64,000 nucleotides of DNA from a virus. The notes under the pieces were generated by a model. The model ran no database searches and had not been told where the DNA came from. It saw only the letters and a program-made list of their open reading frames with translations. Below, piece by piece: positions 1 to 8,923 of the stretch (positions are counted from its first letter, which is position 1; the number at the start of each line of letters is the position of its first letter). The stretch lies in the IMG/VR virus record IMGVR_UViG_3300010399_000034, positions 1 to 64,000 of that record. One strand, 5' to 3'. A program made the position numbers and the translations under genes.

Positions 1-246
1 ACGTCGCTCACGACCGCATCGCGCCTCTGCGACCTGATCGATCAAGCGGACACCTCGCAGGGCAGCAACCCGTCGGTCCAGGGCGGTCCGTCGGCGTGGG
101 AGCTCGCGGCGGCGCGCTCCGAGCTCGCGCGACTCTACTCGCAGCAACAACAGCAAGCGCCTGCGGGGATGGACTGGACGAAGATCGCAATCGGCGCAGG
201 CATCCTCGGCGCCGTCGGTCTCGCGGCGTACGTCATCCTGAAGTGA
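1..246 (+). CDS. Partial (5'-truncated) protein with C-terminal membrane anchor
   Basis: Frame +1 open from base 1 to TGA 244-246, ending ...MDWTKIAIGAGILGAVGLAAYVILK*. Confidence 0.75.
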   Translation, partial: TSLTTASRLCDLIDQADTSQGSNPSVQGGPSAWELAAARSELARLYSQQQQQAPAGMDWTKIAIGAGILGAVGLAAYVILK

Positions 247-251
247 ACGAA

Positions 252-1799
252 ATGGTCATCCTGAACGGCGGTCTCGGTGATGCTTCCTCGTGCGCAGGTC
301 GTAGCTGGCCTGCGCCGTTCATTCAGAAGCGCGACATCAAGGCCTGTCGTCCGCTGATGACCTACTACAACGTTCCGTGCACTGCGGAGGTGATCGAGTG
401 TCTCCTCTTTCGCAAGGAGAAGTTCCTCGACAAGCAGCGCCAGCTCCGTGCGCTCTCGGGTCAACGGCCGGCGGGCGTCGATGAGCGAATGCGCTGGCTC
501 AAGTCGATGGCGTCGCTCATCGACGGCGCGCTCGATGACACGAACCTCCTGAACGTGTGGATGATCGGCGGGACGCCTCCGACCGACTACAACACGAAGG
601 CAGCGCTCGCGTCGCTCCCCGGCGATCTCTGGGCGAACGGCAATGCGTTCGTCAATACAATGCTGCGCTCGGCGGTCGACCGCGGCTATCCGTGCGTCAT
701 CTTCCCCGCCGGCTTCGGGTTCGTTGGCGACGAGCCTGCGGTAATGGGCGACGGCTCAGTTCGGCCGTTCGCCTACTTCCCGATGTACCACCGCGCGACG
801 GACTTCGTGCAGGACGTGCGCGGTCGTCCGCGTGCGCCGGTTGTCGTCACGCCCGGCACCTCCGGCGTGCGCGGTCTTCGCGGGCTCGGCTTCGGCGATG
901 GTCCTGGCGGCGCAGTCGATCCGCGCTCGTTGTCGCTCACCGCACGTGCTGCGGCGGGGACGGCTGGCGCCCCGGGAACAACGGCCGCGGTTCGTCGTGC
1001 GATGCAGACGAAGGGGTGGTTCCTCAACCCATTCTCGCTCGCACCGGAGATCCTCGCCGAGCATTTGCGACAACATCCTGGCACCGGCCTCGTCGTCGGA
1101 TCGATCCGCGTGCTGACTGACGCCGAGCGAACGTTCTGGACAAACCTCGGCGCGACGCCGCGCACCGACACCCGCGATGGTGTTCGCCAGGATGGCTGGA
1201 TGCAGCTCATGGTCCCCGCTGCGGGCGATATCATGGACTACTACGCGGCCGTCGCGCGCGACATCCAAGAGACCGCCTTCGAGGTCTTCGTGCTCTACGG
1301 CATGGAGAAGTGGGCGCAGAACCTGATGATCTGGGCGCAGAACGGCCGCGTGCAGATGCCCGTTCAGCAGTTCGTCGACACGATTCGCACGATCAACACT
1401 GCGCGTCTTCGCGCGACGTCGGGCGCATTCTTCGGCGTCTCGGCTGGGCTCGCTTCGGCAGTCAATCCGGTCGCAGGCGCCGTGATGCAGATCCTCGGCA
1501 CTGCTGCCGACGCGCTCGTCGCCGCTGTCGGTGCGGGTGTTGGCGGCTGGAACTGTCCGCTTCCGCTCACGCGTCGCAGCGCATCGGGCGACTGCGACTT
1601 CACGCACATCCTCGGGCCCGGCGCGCTTGAGCAGTCAGAGCGCCAGCGCGGCGGCATGGTGGAGTACTTCACGACGCCGCATCCCGCGCCGAGTGCGCCG
1701 TCGACGACGAGCTCGAGCAAGCCGTCGACTACGTTGATCCTCGGAGGCGTCGCGCTCGTCGCTGCCCTCGGCATCGGATACGTTCTACTCTCGGAGTGA
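252..1799 (+). CDS. Putative virion protein with C-terminal membrane anchor
   Basis: ATG 252 just after the previous stop; S/T linker then LILGGVALVAALGIGYVLL; GGLG and LRGLG motifs. Confidence 0.75.
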   Translation: MVILNGGLGDASSCAGRSWPAPFIQKRDIKACRPLMTYYNVPCTAEVIECLLFRKEKFLDKQRQLRALSGQRPAGVDERMRWLKSMASLIDGALDDTNLLNVWMIGGTPPTDYNTKAALASLPGDLWANGNAFVNTMLRSAVDRGYPCVIFPAGFGFVGDEPAVMGDGSVRPFAYFPMYHRATDFVQDVRGRPRAPVVVTPGTSGVRGLRGLGFGDGPGGAVDPRSLSLTARAAAGTAGAPGTTAAVRRAMQTKGWFLNPFSLAPEILAEHLRQHPGTGLVVGSIRVLTDAERTFWTNLGATPRTDTRDGVRQDGWMQLMVPAAGDIMDYYAAVARDIQETAFEVFVLYGMEKWAQNLMIWAQNGRVQMPVQQFVDTIRTINTARLRATSGAFFGVSAGLASAVNPVAGAVMQILGTAADALVAAVGAGVGGWNCPLPLTRRSASGDCDFTHILGPGALEQSERQRGGMVEYFTTPHPAPSAPSTTSSSKPSTTLILGGVALVAALGIGYVLLSE

Positions 1800-1802
1800 A
1801 AC

Positions 1803-2090
1803 ATGGCGATCATCTCGTTCGACGTTCGTGGTCTGGGTGACGTCAATATGACGATGCCAACGGTGCAGCTTACGTCGCAGGCGATGGCGGCACAGGTTGC
1901 AGCCATGCGCCGCGTCTCCGAGCAGAGCGGCCTACATCTCTACGAACGCCTCAACATCATGCCGCAGACGACCACGACGGCGGCAGGCTCGTTCATCGAT
2001 CAGTGGGGCATCCCGATCGCGGCCGGACTCGGCGCGTTCACGGTCGGCCTCGTAATCGCCAAGCTTGCAAGAAAGCGAAAGACGGCATGA
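1803..2090 (+). CDS. Small tail-anchored membrane protein
   Basis: VRGLGD near N-terminus; C-terminal TM followed by RKRK. Confidence 0.75.
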   Translation: MAIISFDVRGLGDVNMTMPTVQLTSQAMAAQVAAMRRVSEQSGLHLYERLNIMPQTTTTAAGSFIDQWGIPIAAGLGAFTVGLVIAKLARKRKTA

Positions 2091-2533
2091 CCCTCCCTAC
2101 GACGTACCATCCGGTCTATCAGGCAGCGACGCCCGACGTCGTGCGGCAGGAGATTCGCAATGCGGTGTACGAAGGTCGTGCTCCGCGCACCGCGCCAACG
2201 CGTGCCGAGCAGCAGACGACACAGGCGCAGACGCCGATGATCGCGCCGCTCGCGCAGCCGCGTATTCTCGCGACGGGCGCGGGGCGCGCTTCGCTCTTCG
2301 GGCCGGCTCAGGTTGGGATCATCCCGGGCAGCGGGCTCTCGCCGGCAGATCTTCCCGCAGGCAACACGTACGCGCAGCCGACTCCGGTCACGCCGTCGTC
2401 GCCGCTCAACGTCGTGCCGAACGGCACGCCGCTACAACAGGTCGCCGTTGTCGGTCGCAAGTACGCGCCATGGATTGCGGGCGCGATCGGGCTCGGCGCG
2501 GGGATCCTCGTCGCGCGTTTCATCTGGGGCTGA
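2087..2533 (+). CDS. Tail-anchored membrane protein
   Basis: ATGA overlap with previous gene; C-terminal WIAGAIGLGAGILVARFIW. Confidence 0.75.
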   Translation: MTLPTTYHPVYQAATPDVVRQEIRNAVYEGRAPRTAPTRAEQQTTQAQTPMIAPLAQPRILATGAGRASLFGPAQVGIIPGSGLSPADLPAGNTYAQPTPVTPSSPLNVVPNGTPLQQVAVVGRKYAPWIAGAIGLGAGILVARFIWG

Positions 2534-2617
2534 GCTCGAGCTCGCGCTGATCGGCAACCCGCGATCAATGGTTGCCTTCATCCAGAACGTGTAGGATAGT
2601 GTAGGTGCAGGTGGTAC

Positions 2618-2878
2618 ATGATCGTTGTGGAACAACGTAGTGCGACGTACGGACTCGGGGCGGCGCGATCGCCGACGATGGGTTGTCCCGGCGCGAAAAC
2701 GATCGTGCTGAACCGTGTTGCAGAGGCGGAGGGCGCTCGGCTCTCGGTCAGCAACGCGGGCACTGGCGCGGTCGGCGACGTCTTCTCGTCGGTTCCGACG
2801 TGGGCGTGGGTGGCGGGCGGTGCGCTCATCGCGGGGCTCGTCGCGGGCGCCGTCTACTTCAAGAAGCGAAAGGGCTGA
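2618..2878 (+). CDS. Small tail-anchored membrane protein
   Basis: YGLGA motif; C-terminal TM plus KKRKG. Confidence 0.75.
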   Translation: MIVVEQRSATYGLGAARSPTMGCPGAKTIVLNRVAEAEGARLSVSNAGTGAVGDVFSSVPTWAWVAGGALIAGLVAGAVYFKKRKG

Positions 2879-2881
2879 GCG

Positions 2882-3154
2882 ATGGCTCGCAAGAAGGTTC
2901 GTCGGAAGAAGACTGCGTGCGGCTCGCGCGGCCGCTTCAAGAGCGGCAAGCGCAAGGGACGTTGCCGCCCGAAGAAGGCGCACGCGAAGCGCGCACGTCG
3001 GAGTACGAAGACCAAGCGAGCGCGCCGTTTCTGCGTGCGCATCGCGGGCAAGAGGCGCTCGGTGAAGTGCTTCGCTTCGCAGAAGTCGGCAGCCCGCGCG
3101 ATGGGCAAGCTCTCCGCCGCTGGCGAGAACCCCGTCATGAAGATTCGCAAGTAA
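2882..3154 (+). CDS. Highly basic protamine-like protein (putative DNA-condensing core protein)
   Basis: 90 aa, very K/R-rich, paired Cys. Confidence 0.75.
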   Translation: MARKKVRRKKTACGSRGRFKSGKRKGRCRPKKAHAKRARRSTKTKRARRFCVRIAGKRRSVKCFASQKSAARAMGKLSAAGENPVMKIRK

Positions 3155-3166
3155 GGAGCGCAGCAG

Positions 3167-3268
3167 ATGGCTCGTCGTCGCAAGAAGAGCTCGTGCAAGT
3201 ACGGTCGGGTGAAGAGCGGACGTCGCAAGGGGCGTTGCAAGCTCCGCCGAGTCCGTCGTCGGAAGTGA
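3167..3268 (+). CDS. 33-aa protamine-like peptide (not in ORF track)
   Basis: AAGGAG RBS then MARRRKKSSCKYGRVKSGRRKGRCKLRRVRRRK*; similar to N-terminus of 2882-3154. Confidence 0.7.
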   Translation: MARRRKKSSCKYGRVKSGRRKGRCKLRRVRRRK

Positions 3269-3322
3269 TCGGTCAGGGTGACCTGGCTCTGTGAGGCGCT
3301 AGGGCGCCGGAGGAAGAAGACA

Positions 3323-3544
3323 ATGGCCAAGCGAAGGAAGCGCCGCGTGAAGCGTGCGAAGCGACGTTCGACCACCAAGCGCAAGTCGACTCGGCTGAAG
3401 GGCCGGCTCGTCTGCCCGAAGCGCTTCAAGGGCAAGAAGGTCCGTCGGCGCTCCGGCCACAAGGGCTGCTGGATCAAGCGCAAGGACGGCACGTTCCGCA
3501 TGATCAAGAAGGTCCGTCGCAAGGTCCGCCGGAAGAGGAAGTGA
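3323..3544 (+). CDS. Highly basic protamine-like protein
   Basis: GGAGG RBS; MAKRRKRR...VCPKRFKGKKVR... Confidence 0.75.
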   Translation: MAKRRKRRVKRAKRRSTTKRKSTRLKGRLVCPKRFKGKKVRRRSGHKGCWIKRKDGTFRMIKKVRRKVRRKRK

Positions 3545-3547
3545 TCC

Positions 3548-3757
3548 ATGGCGAAGCGTCGCAAGCGCGCGAAGAAGCGCAGCTCGAGTCGTGCGGTGTG
3601 CCCCAAGCGCTACAAGGGCGCGAAGGTGCGCAGCAAGAAGATGCGGGGTGGCACGCGCTGCTACATCGTTCGCAAGAGCGGGCAGTGGCGCTTCGTCCCC
3701 AAGAAGGGCGGCAAGTCCAAGAAGCGGGCGAAGTCGCGTCGGCGTAGCAAGCGCTGA
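3548..3757 (+). CDS. Highly basic protamine-like protein, paralog of 3323-3544
   Basis: MAKRRKR...VCPKRYKGAKVR... Confidence 0.75.
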   Translation: MAKRRKRAKKRSSSRAVCPKRYKGAKVRSKKMRGGTRCYIVRKSGQWRFVPKKGGKSKKRAKSRRRSKR

Positions 3758-3772
3758 TCGTAGGAGGGTCCG

Positions 3773-4486
3773 GTGCCCGATCCGATCACACAGAGCACGG
3801 CGAACGGCGAGTCCGTCACCCGTGCTCTTGCTTTCCTCGCTGCGAGCTACTTCGACCGGCTCGTCGCGGGAGATTGGGCGCGTGCGTCCGTTGTCCTCAA
3901 CGCGTTCTCGCAGGCGTACAACGTCCACCACGAAGCCTTCGTTGCGTACGCCGTGCGTCCAGGCGCAGACGCGTCGTGGCTGCCGGCGCGGATCGACGCG
4001 TTCTATACGCTCTCGACGCGCCGCGCTCTCGCAGCTGCGCTCGTCGTCGGTTTCGGAATCTCGTCGGCGATCGGCGAAGCGATGCCGGTCACTGTCGAGG
4101 TTGGCTCTGTCCGTCCGTGGTTCGAGCGCGTTCGTCCCGCGATCACTACGCCGGCTGATGCGTTCATGGACGCGATCGAACACGACTCGATGGGCACGCT
4201 CGGGACGAATATCATCTCGCGCGTCAACGGCATCCTCATGCGATCGACTGCCGAGGTCATCCGCGACGAACGCACGACGCCGTTCGATACGCCGCCTGCT
4301 GGGCCGGTGACGAACACAGACGCATCGCGAGGGCCGATCGTACAGGGTCCGTCGATCCTCGTGCATCCGACGCGCTTCGTCATGCCGACGTGGGGCTGGT
4401 GGGCGGTCGGGCTCGGCCTCGTCGCCGCTTCCGGTGTCGTGATCTACGGCGTCGTCGAGCGCGGATGGTTCGGGGGCAAGCGATGA
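3773..4486 (+). CDS. Tail-anchored membrane protein
   Basis: AGGAGG RBS, GTG start; C-terminal WWAVGLGLVAASGVVIYGVV. Confidence 0.75.
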   Translation: MPDPITQSTANGESVTRALAFLAASYFDRLVAGDWARASVVLNAFSQAYNVHHEAFVAYAVRPGADASWLPARIDAFYTLSTRRALAAALVVGFGISSAIGEAMPVTVEVGSVRPWFERVRPAITTPADAFMDAIEHDSMGTLGTNIISRVNGILMRSTAEVIRDERTTPFDTPPAGPVTNTDASRGPIVQGPSILVHPTRFVMPTWGWWAVGLGLVAASGVVIYGVVERGWFGGKR

Positions 4487-4629
4487 AGCGCCTCGCAAAG
4501 ACCTGTTACTACAAGGTCGCGGGCGTGAAGCGTCGCTTCAAGACGGCGCGTCGTGCAATGAAGGCGGCGCGTAAGCGCGGTCGCGGTGCTCGAGCGGTCA
4601 CTCAGGTGTGCCGTCTCGTTCTTGATTGA
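4483..4629 (+). CDS. Small basic protein
   Basis: ATGA overlap; MKRLAKTCYYKVAGVKRRFKTARRAM... Confidence 0.6.
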   Translation: MKRLAKTCYYKVAGVKRRFKTARRAMKAARKRGRGARAVTQVCRLVLD

Positions 4630-4646
4630 AAGGCTCGTGGCTCTCA

Positions 4647-5096
4647 ATGCGTGTCGTGACGATCGATGGTGGCTTCCGCGGACTCGGCGATGTTGCGCCG
4701 AGTGTTCGCAATGCTGCCGTCGCCGACTTCACGCGCGCCATCGCGCCGCTCGACGACATGCTCGAGCGCTACATCGCGTTTCGCGCGGCGGGCAACATCA
4801 GCGAGTCCGACGATCTGCGGATCATGGATCGCTATCATGTGCTCTCCGAGCGGATCGCGGCGCGTCTTCGTGACGCCGAAGGTCGGCTGAGCGAGAGCGC
4901 GATCGCGGCGTGGTCGAACGGCAATGCTGTCTACGTCAACGACGTGCGGCTCTGGATCAACGACGTCCGCCGCATCATGGGCGACGAGATCCAGAACCGC
5001 GGGCTTCGCACCTTCCTGATCGCGGCCGCTTCGATCACGGTGCTCGGCGGCGGCATGTACGTGATCTACCAGGCGACGAAGGGGAAGAAGCGATGA
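4647..5096 (+). CDS. Tail-anchored membrane protein
   Basis: FRGLGD near N-terminus; helical middle; C-terminal TM plus KGKKR. Confidence 0.75.
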   Translation: MRVVTIDGGFRGLGDVAPSVRNAAVADFTRAIAPLDDMLERYIAFRAAGNISESDDLRIMDRYHVLSERIAARLRDAEGRLSESAIAAWSNGNAVYVNDVRLWINDVRRIMGDEIQNRGLRTFLIAAASITVLGGGMYVIYQATKGKKR

Positions 5097-5866
5097 CCTA
5101 TCGTCAGCCGCATCCGTACGAGAGCATCGGGGACTTCGTTCCTGGCACCGTTGTTCGCTCCGACACGTATCTGCGCGGGCTCGGCTATCTTCCGGGACGC
5201 ACAGCAAATCGTCCCGTCGCGATCCCGCAGCTTGCAACGGGCCCGCGGCCGAGCGTGTTCTCGCGGCAGCCGTTTGCGCGTCCGGTTGCGATCCCGCAGC
5301 TCGCGCCGCGCGTCAACATCCGCGGCGTTGGCGGCAACGTTGTCGACTGCACATGCAGCCAGAACACGCTCGTGCGCCACGCGGCAGAGCATGCAGCGAT
5401 GCGGCAGGCGGGCGCGATGGGGCTCGGCGTGATCCCTGTCTGGTCGCGCGCCACGGTGATCCCGACGTGGTCGCCGTCATCTGTGATCCCAACGTGGCAG
5501 CCGCGTTCGTCGTACACGCTGCGCGGGCTCGGCGCGTGCGAGCCGGAGCTCGAAGCTGACATGCAGACGAACTGGAACCCAGGCGTTCGGTTCGGCACTG
5601 TTGGGGCGGGTACCGGTACTGGAAGCCCCGACGCTCTCTTTCGAGCCATGTTTTCGCGGCGGCAGTTTCCGACCGGAACGCCGAACCTTCATATGCAGTC
5701 GCCGATGTCTGCGATCGTGATGCGTGGACCGAACGACGATGCGGTTACCAGCTTCTTCATGCAGCCCGACGTGAAGCCGTGGTTGTACGTGGGCGGCACT
5801 GTCGGCGTGCTTGCTATCGTCGGCCTTATTTACTGGGCCGGAACGCGTCGTAAGCGACGCCGCTAG
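5093..5866 (+). CDS. Tail-anchored protein with internal repeats and several GLG motifs
   Basis: RPVAIPQLA x2, VIP(V/T)W x3, LRGLG x2; C-terminal TM plus RRKRRR. Confidence 0.75.
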   Translation: MTYRQPHPYESIGDFVPGTVVRSDTYLRGLGYLPGRTANRPVAIPQLATGPRPSVFSRQPFARPVAIPQLAPRVNIRGVGGNVVDCTCSQNTLVRHAAEHAAMRQAGAMGLGVIPVWSRATVIPTWSPSSVIPTWQPRSSYTLRGLGACEPELEADMQTNWNPGVRFGTVGAGTGTGSPDALFRAMFSRRQFPTGTPNLHMQSPMSAIVMRGPNDDAVTSFFMQPDVKPWLYVGGTVGVLAIVGLIYWAGTRRKRRR

Positions 5867-5879
5867 ATAAGAGCTTCGC

Positions 5880-5916
5880 TCTTCAAGAGCGAGAGCGGTT
5901 CTGCTCGTCTTGAAGA
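5880..5916 (+). terminator. Stem-loop after gene 5093-5866
   Basis: TCTTCAAGA...TCTTGAAGA inverted repeat; no clear U-tract. Confidence 0.4.
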
Positions 5917-5982
5917 TGTAGGTAAATGGGGTTGCATCTCGCACCGTGTAGGTGTTAGAACCACACTCAGGAGAAATCGATC

Positions 5983-6522
5983 ATGGCCAAGCGTAGGCGT
6001 CGTCGTCGGATTCGGATGCGCGGACTCGGGGCAATGGGTCCCGCGGCGCGCTCGCTCGTGCCGGTTGCAGCAGGCGGGATTCTTACCGCTGGCGTGACCC
6101 TCGGTCTTCGTGCGTTCCTACGGCCGGATCCGGGAACGTTGAGCGCGACGCTCTACCGCTTCGCTCCGTTGATCGGATCGGTCGCGGGGCTCGTCGGCGC
6201 GGGCGCCATGTACATGGTCGCCGGTCCGTCGGCGGGGCTCGCAGCGGGCCTCACCAGCGTCATCGGCGGCGGTGCGCTCTTCGGCGCGGAAGCGCTGAAT
6301 GCGGCGAAGCCCGGCGGTCTCCTCGCCGTCAGCGGCCCGACCGCGGCGCTTCCCGCGGGCGATGGCACCGCGGGCCTTCGTGCACTGCTCCCGCAGTACG
6401 GCACCGAAGGACTCGGCGCGATCGTCATGAGCCCTGTGGGCGACACCTACGGCGACAGCGTCAACGTCGCCGGGCTCGGCGCCGGCTACCGGCCCAACGC
6501 GTTCGGGAAGAACGCGTTCTGA
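5983..6522 (+). CDS. Multi-pass membrane protein with arginine-rich N-terminal leader
   Basis: AGGAG RBS; MAKRRRRRRIRMRGLG then 2-3 hydrophobic segments; further EGLG and AGLG. Confidence 0.75.
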   Translation: MAKRRRRRRIRMRGLGAMGPAARSLVPVAAGGILTAGVTLGLRAFLRPDPGTLSATLYRFAPLIGSVAGLVGAGAMYMVAGPSAGLAAGLTSVIGGGALFGAEALNAAKPGGLLAVSGPTAALPAGDGTAGLRALLPQYGTEGLGAIVMSPVGDTYGDSVNVAGLGAGYRPNAFGKNAF

Positions 6523-6609
6523 GTCTGGGCAGTCGGGTCGGCCGAGGACACACCACCGTTCAACTCCGACCCGCTGCTCCGGCACCACCAAGGACGACGA
6601 GAAACAACC

Positions 6610-7377
6610 ATGCAGAACGCAGCATGTTTCCCGGTGACGGTCGAGCTCGACGAGGCTGGTAAGCCCGTCCACGCGCTCAACCAGATCACCAAGGTTCGTC
6701 TCGCCGACGGGCGAGAAGTGGCGATCGTCGACTGGACGTGGCGCCCGCTCTACTCGACCATCGACACGTTCTCGGGGTGGACGAACCTCGAGATTCGCGC
6801 CTTCACGTACTCCGCGGGCGATCAGATCTCCTGGTCGAACGGCGGCACGGTGCGCGAGACCGCGACGCTCGTGCACACGAACATCTCCAGCGCCTCCGAG
6901 ATGGACGCGCTCGAAGAGTTCCTCGTGTACGGAATGTGCGTCGAGGTCTATCGCTGTCTCCAGAACACCGGCGCGAGCACGATCGACTTCAACGGCTCGG
7001 GCCTTCCCGGACCGCTGCCGCAGGTCTGGCACGTCGCGATGCTTCAGGCGGCGACGATCCTCGAGCTCGAGGTCTCGCAGAAGGCGTATCAGCAGGCTTC
7101 GACCGGCTGGTTCGCTGCGGGCTTCGGCGCGTACGGAACGGGTGTCGACGACACGAACGAGTTCATGTTCGGCAACAACGGGCATCCGAGCCGCGAAGCC
7201 GTCGACATGTACCCGGTCCCGGTCCACATCGGCGGCACCGAGAAGTACAACGTGATCCTGCACAACCCCCTCGGTCGTGCGATCAACTACGTCTCGGCGA
7301 CGAACGGTGCTCTCTCGAACATCGTCATCCGCCTCCGCATCAACCTGATGGGCCTCCACAAGCGGCCGAGCGCCTGA
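6610..7377 (+). CDS. Putative capsid protein 1 (single jelly-roll-like), paralog family A
   Basis: Beta-rich; shares KVRLADGR..W..PLYST and C-terminal GLxKRP with the next two genes. Confidence 0.6.
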   Translation: MQNAACFPVTVELDEAGKPVHALNQITKVRLADGREVAIVDWTWRPLYSTIDTFSGWTNLEIRAFTYSAGDQISWSNGGTVRETATLVHTNISSASEMDALEEFLVYGMCVEVYRCLQNTGASTIDFNGSGLPGPLPQVWHVAMLQAATILELEVSQKAYQQASTGWFAAGFGAYGTGVDDTNEFMFGNNGHPSREAVDMYPVPVHIGGTEKYNVILHNPLGRAINYVSATNGALSNIVIRLRINLMGLHKRPSA

Positions 7378-7398
7378 TCGGGCGGGAGTACACGCATC

Positions 7399-8115
7399 AT
7401 GGCTCAGCTAGACAAGATCAGATTCGCAGACGGCCGCGTGCAACGGCCGGGCGACTGGACGGCCTCGCCGCTCTACTCGACGGTCGAGATCGACGACGCG
7501 GCAGCGCTTCCTCCTCTCGACGGCTTCTCCTACGGCAACGGTGGCGATGTGCCGGGCTCGGTCGGTCCGCGACAGAGCACGATTGTCGACACCAACATGG
7601 AAGGCCAGGGCTCGATCCTCGCCGAGAACGAAGAGCTTCTCCTCTTCGGCCTCTGCATCGAGCTTATCCAGATCACCGCCGCGACCACGACGAACTTCTT
7701 CACGTCGCAGGAAGCGTGGTGTCCGGACCCGCCGCTCGTCAGCGCGACGAACTGTCAGCGCATTCTTCGCGACACCTTGGTGCGGATGAAGATCGCCGCG
7801 ACCAAGGACTACCTCGCGGTCCCGCTCGGGTGGCTGCCAGGTGCGCGTGGTGTCGACCACACGTACGGCTCGGCGCGCTCGGTCGGCTCGACGTGGACCG
7901 AAGGCGTCTTCGTCGGCTACAACGGCGCGAACTACGAGGGGGCGCATCGTCTCTTCGCGACGCCGCACCAGGTCGCACCGGGCGAGCAGTTCATCGTGCG
8001 CCTCGAGTTCCCCTTCGGGACGATCTCGGGCCTCGAGTTCGGCCTCCCGGATACGAGTGCGCGCATCAAGGCGCGTATCTACCAACGCGGTCTTCGCCGC
8101 CGCCCGGTCGCGTGA
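7399..8115 (+). CDS. Putative capsid protein 2 (single jelly-roll-like), paralog family A
   Basis: KIRFADGR..DW..PLYST, TNMEGQG, PHQVAPGEQFIVRL, GLRRRP. Confidence 0.6.
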   Translation: MAQLDKIRFADGRVQRPGDWTASPLYSTVEIDDAAALPPLDGFSYGNGGDVPGSVGPRQSTIVDTNMEGQGSILAENEELLLFGLCIELIQITAATTTNFFTSQEAWCPDPPLVSATNCQRILRDTLVRMKIAATKDYLAVPLGWLPGARGVDHTYGSARSVGSTWTEGVFVGYNGANYEGAHRLFATPHQVAPGEQFIVRLEFPFGTISGLEFGLPDTSARIKARIYQRGLRRRPVA

Positions 8116-8128
8116 AGAGGAAGCAAGC

Positions 8129-8827
8129 ATGTCCAGCCTGAACAAGGTCCGACTCGCAGACGGCAGAGAGATCGCGATCGCCGAGTGGTACCATCAGCCG
8201 CGCTACTCGACGATCGAGTTCGCCGCGACGTCCGCAGTGAACCTGCGGATGTGGAACTACACGGTCGGCAACAACGTCTCCTCGGTCGGTACGGCGGCAC
8301 GGCAATCGACCGAAGCCGACACGAACCAGATCAAGAAGAAGGCGATGAACATGGACGAAGCTCTCATCGTCATGGCCATCACCTACGAGATCTTCGCGCT
8401 CACGAGCGACGTCGACAACAGCGCGCTCGTCGTGGCGCCCGAGCCGATGACGCTCTCCACCGACGTCCGCCGTCTTCAGCACCAAGGCATCTTCGAGCTG
8501 AAGGTCGGCGCCGGCATCAAGAAGCCGCAGTACGAGGTTCCGTTCGCCTGGCTCTGCCAGTCGCCCGGCACCAAGGCCTACGCTTCGCCCGCCGGCACGA
8601 CGACGGTCCGCATCGACTACGGCACCGGCGGCGAGATCAGCGCCGACGATCAAGAGCTGCTCGCGCTTCCGATCTACATCGGCGGCTTCGGGCAGCAGGC
8701 CAAGCCGGGCAACGCAATGTTCTTCGAAGGCCGTTTCTACAACGGCGACGGCGGCGCCTTCACCGGGCTTCGGCAGAACATGCGGATCCGGTTCTACCTC
8801 GACGGCCTCCAGAAGCGGCCGGCCTGA
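8129..8827 (+). CDS. Putative capsid protein 3 (single jelly-roll-like), paralog family A
   Basis: GAGG RBS, ATG 8129; KVRLADGREIAIAEW..PRYST, LPIYIGG, GLQKRP. Confidence 0.6.
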   Translation: MSSLNKVRLADGREIAIAEWYHQPRYSTIEFAATSAVNLRMWNYTVGNNVSSVGTAARQSTEADTNQIKKKAMNMDEALIVMAITYEIFALTSDVDNSALVVAPEPMTLSTDVRRLQHQGIFELKVGAGIKKPQYEVPFAWLCQSPGTKAYASPAGTTTVRIDYGTGGEISADDQELLALPIYIGGFGQQAKPGNAMFFEGRFYNGDGGAFTGLRQNMRIRFYLDGLQKRPA

Positions 8828-8855
8828 TCTTTTCACGCGCTCCGGCGCGCGATAT

Positions 8856-8920
8856 GGAAGCCCCTCGGAAGGCGCTCACCTTCGGCAATCTGAGGGGCGC
8901 ATCTTCCGAGGGGTTTTCTC
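8856..8920 (+). terminator. Strong hairpin with T-rich tail after the three capsid paralogs
   Basis: GGAAGCCCCTCGGAAG...CTTCCGAGGGGTTTTC followed by TCTT. Confidence 0.55.
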
Positions 8921-8923
8921 TTC

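Noticed and set aside
2882-3757. Basic ORFs as ribosomal proteins or spurious low-complexity frames
   Set aside because: No ribosomal protein signature; RBSs, tight packing and mutual paralogy argue for real viral genes
1-5866. C-terminal anchors as MYXO-CTERM, PEP-CTERM or LPXTG sorting signals
   Set aside because: No N-terminal signal peptides and no conserved GC, PEP or LPXTG motif before the TM helix
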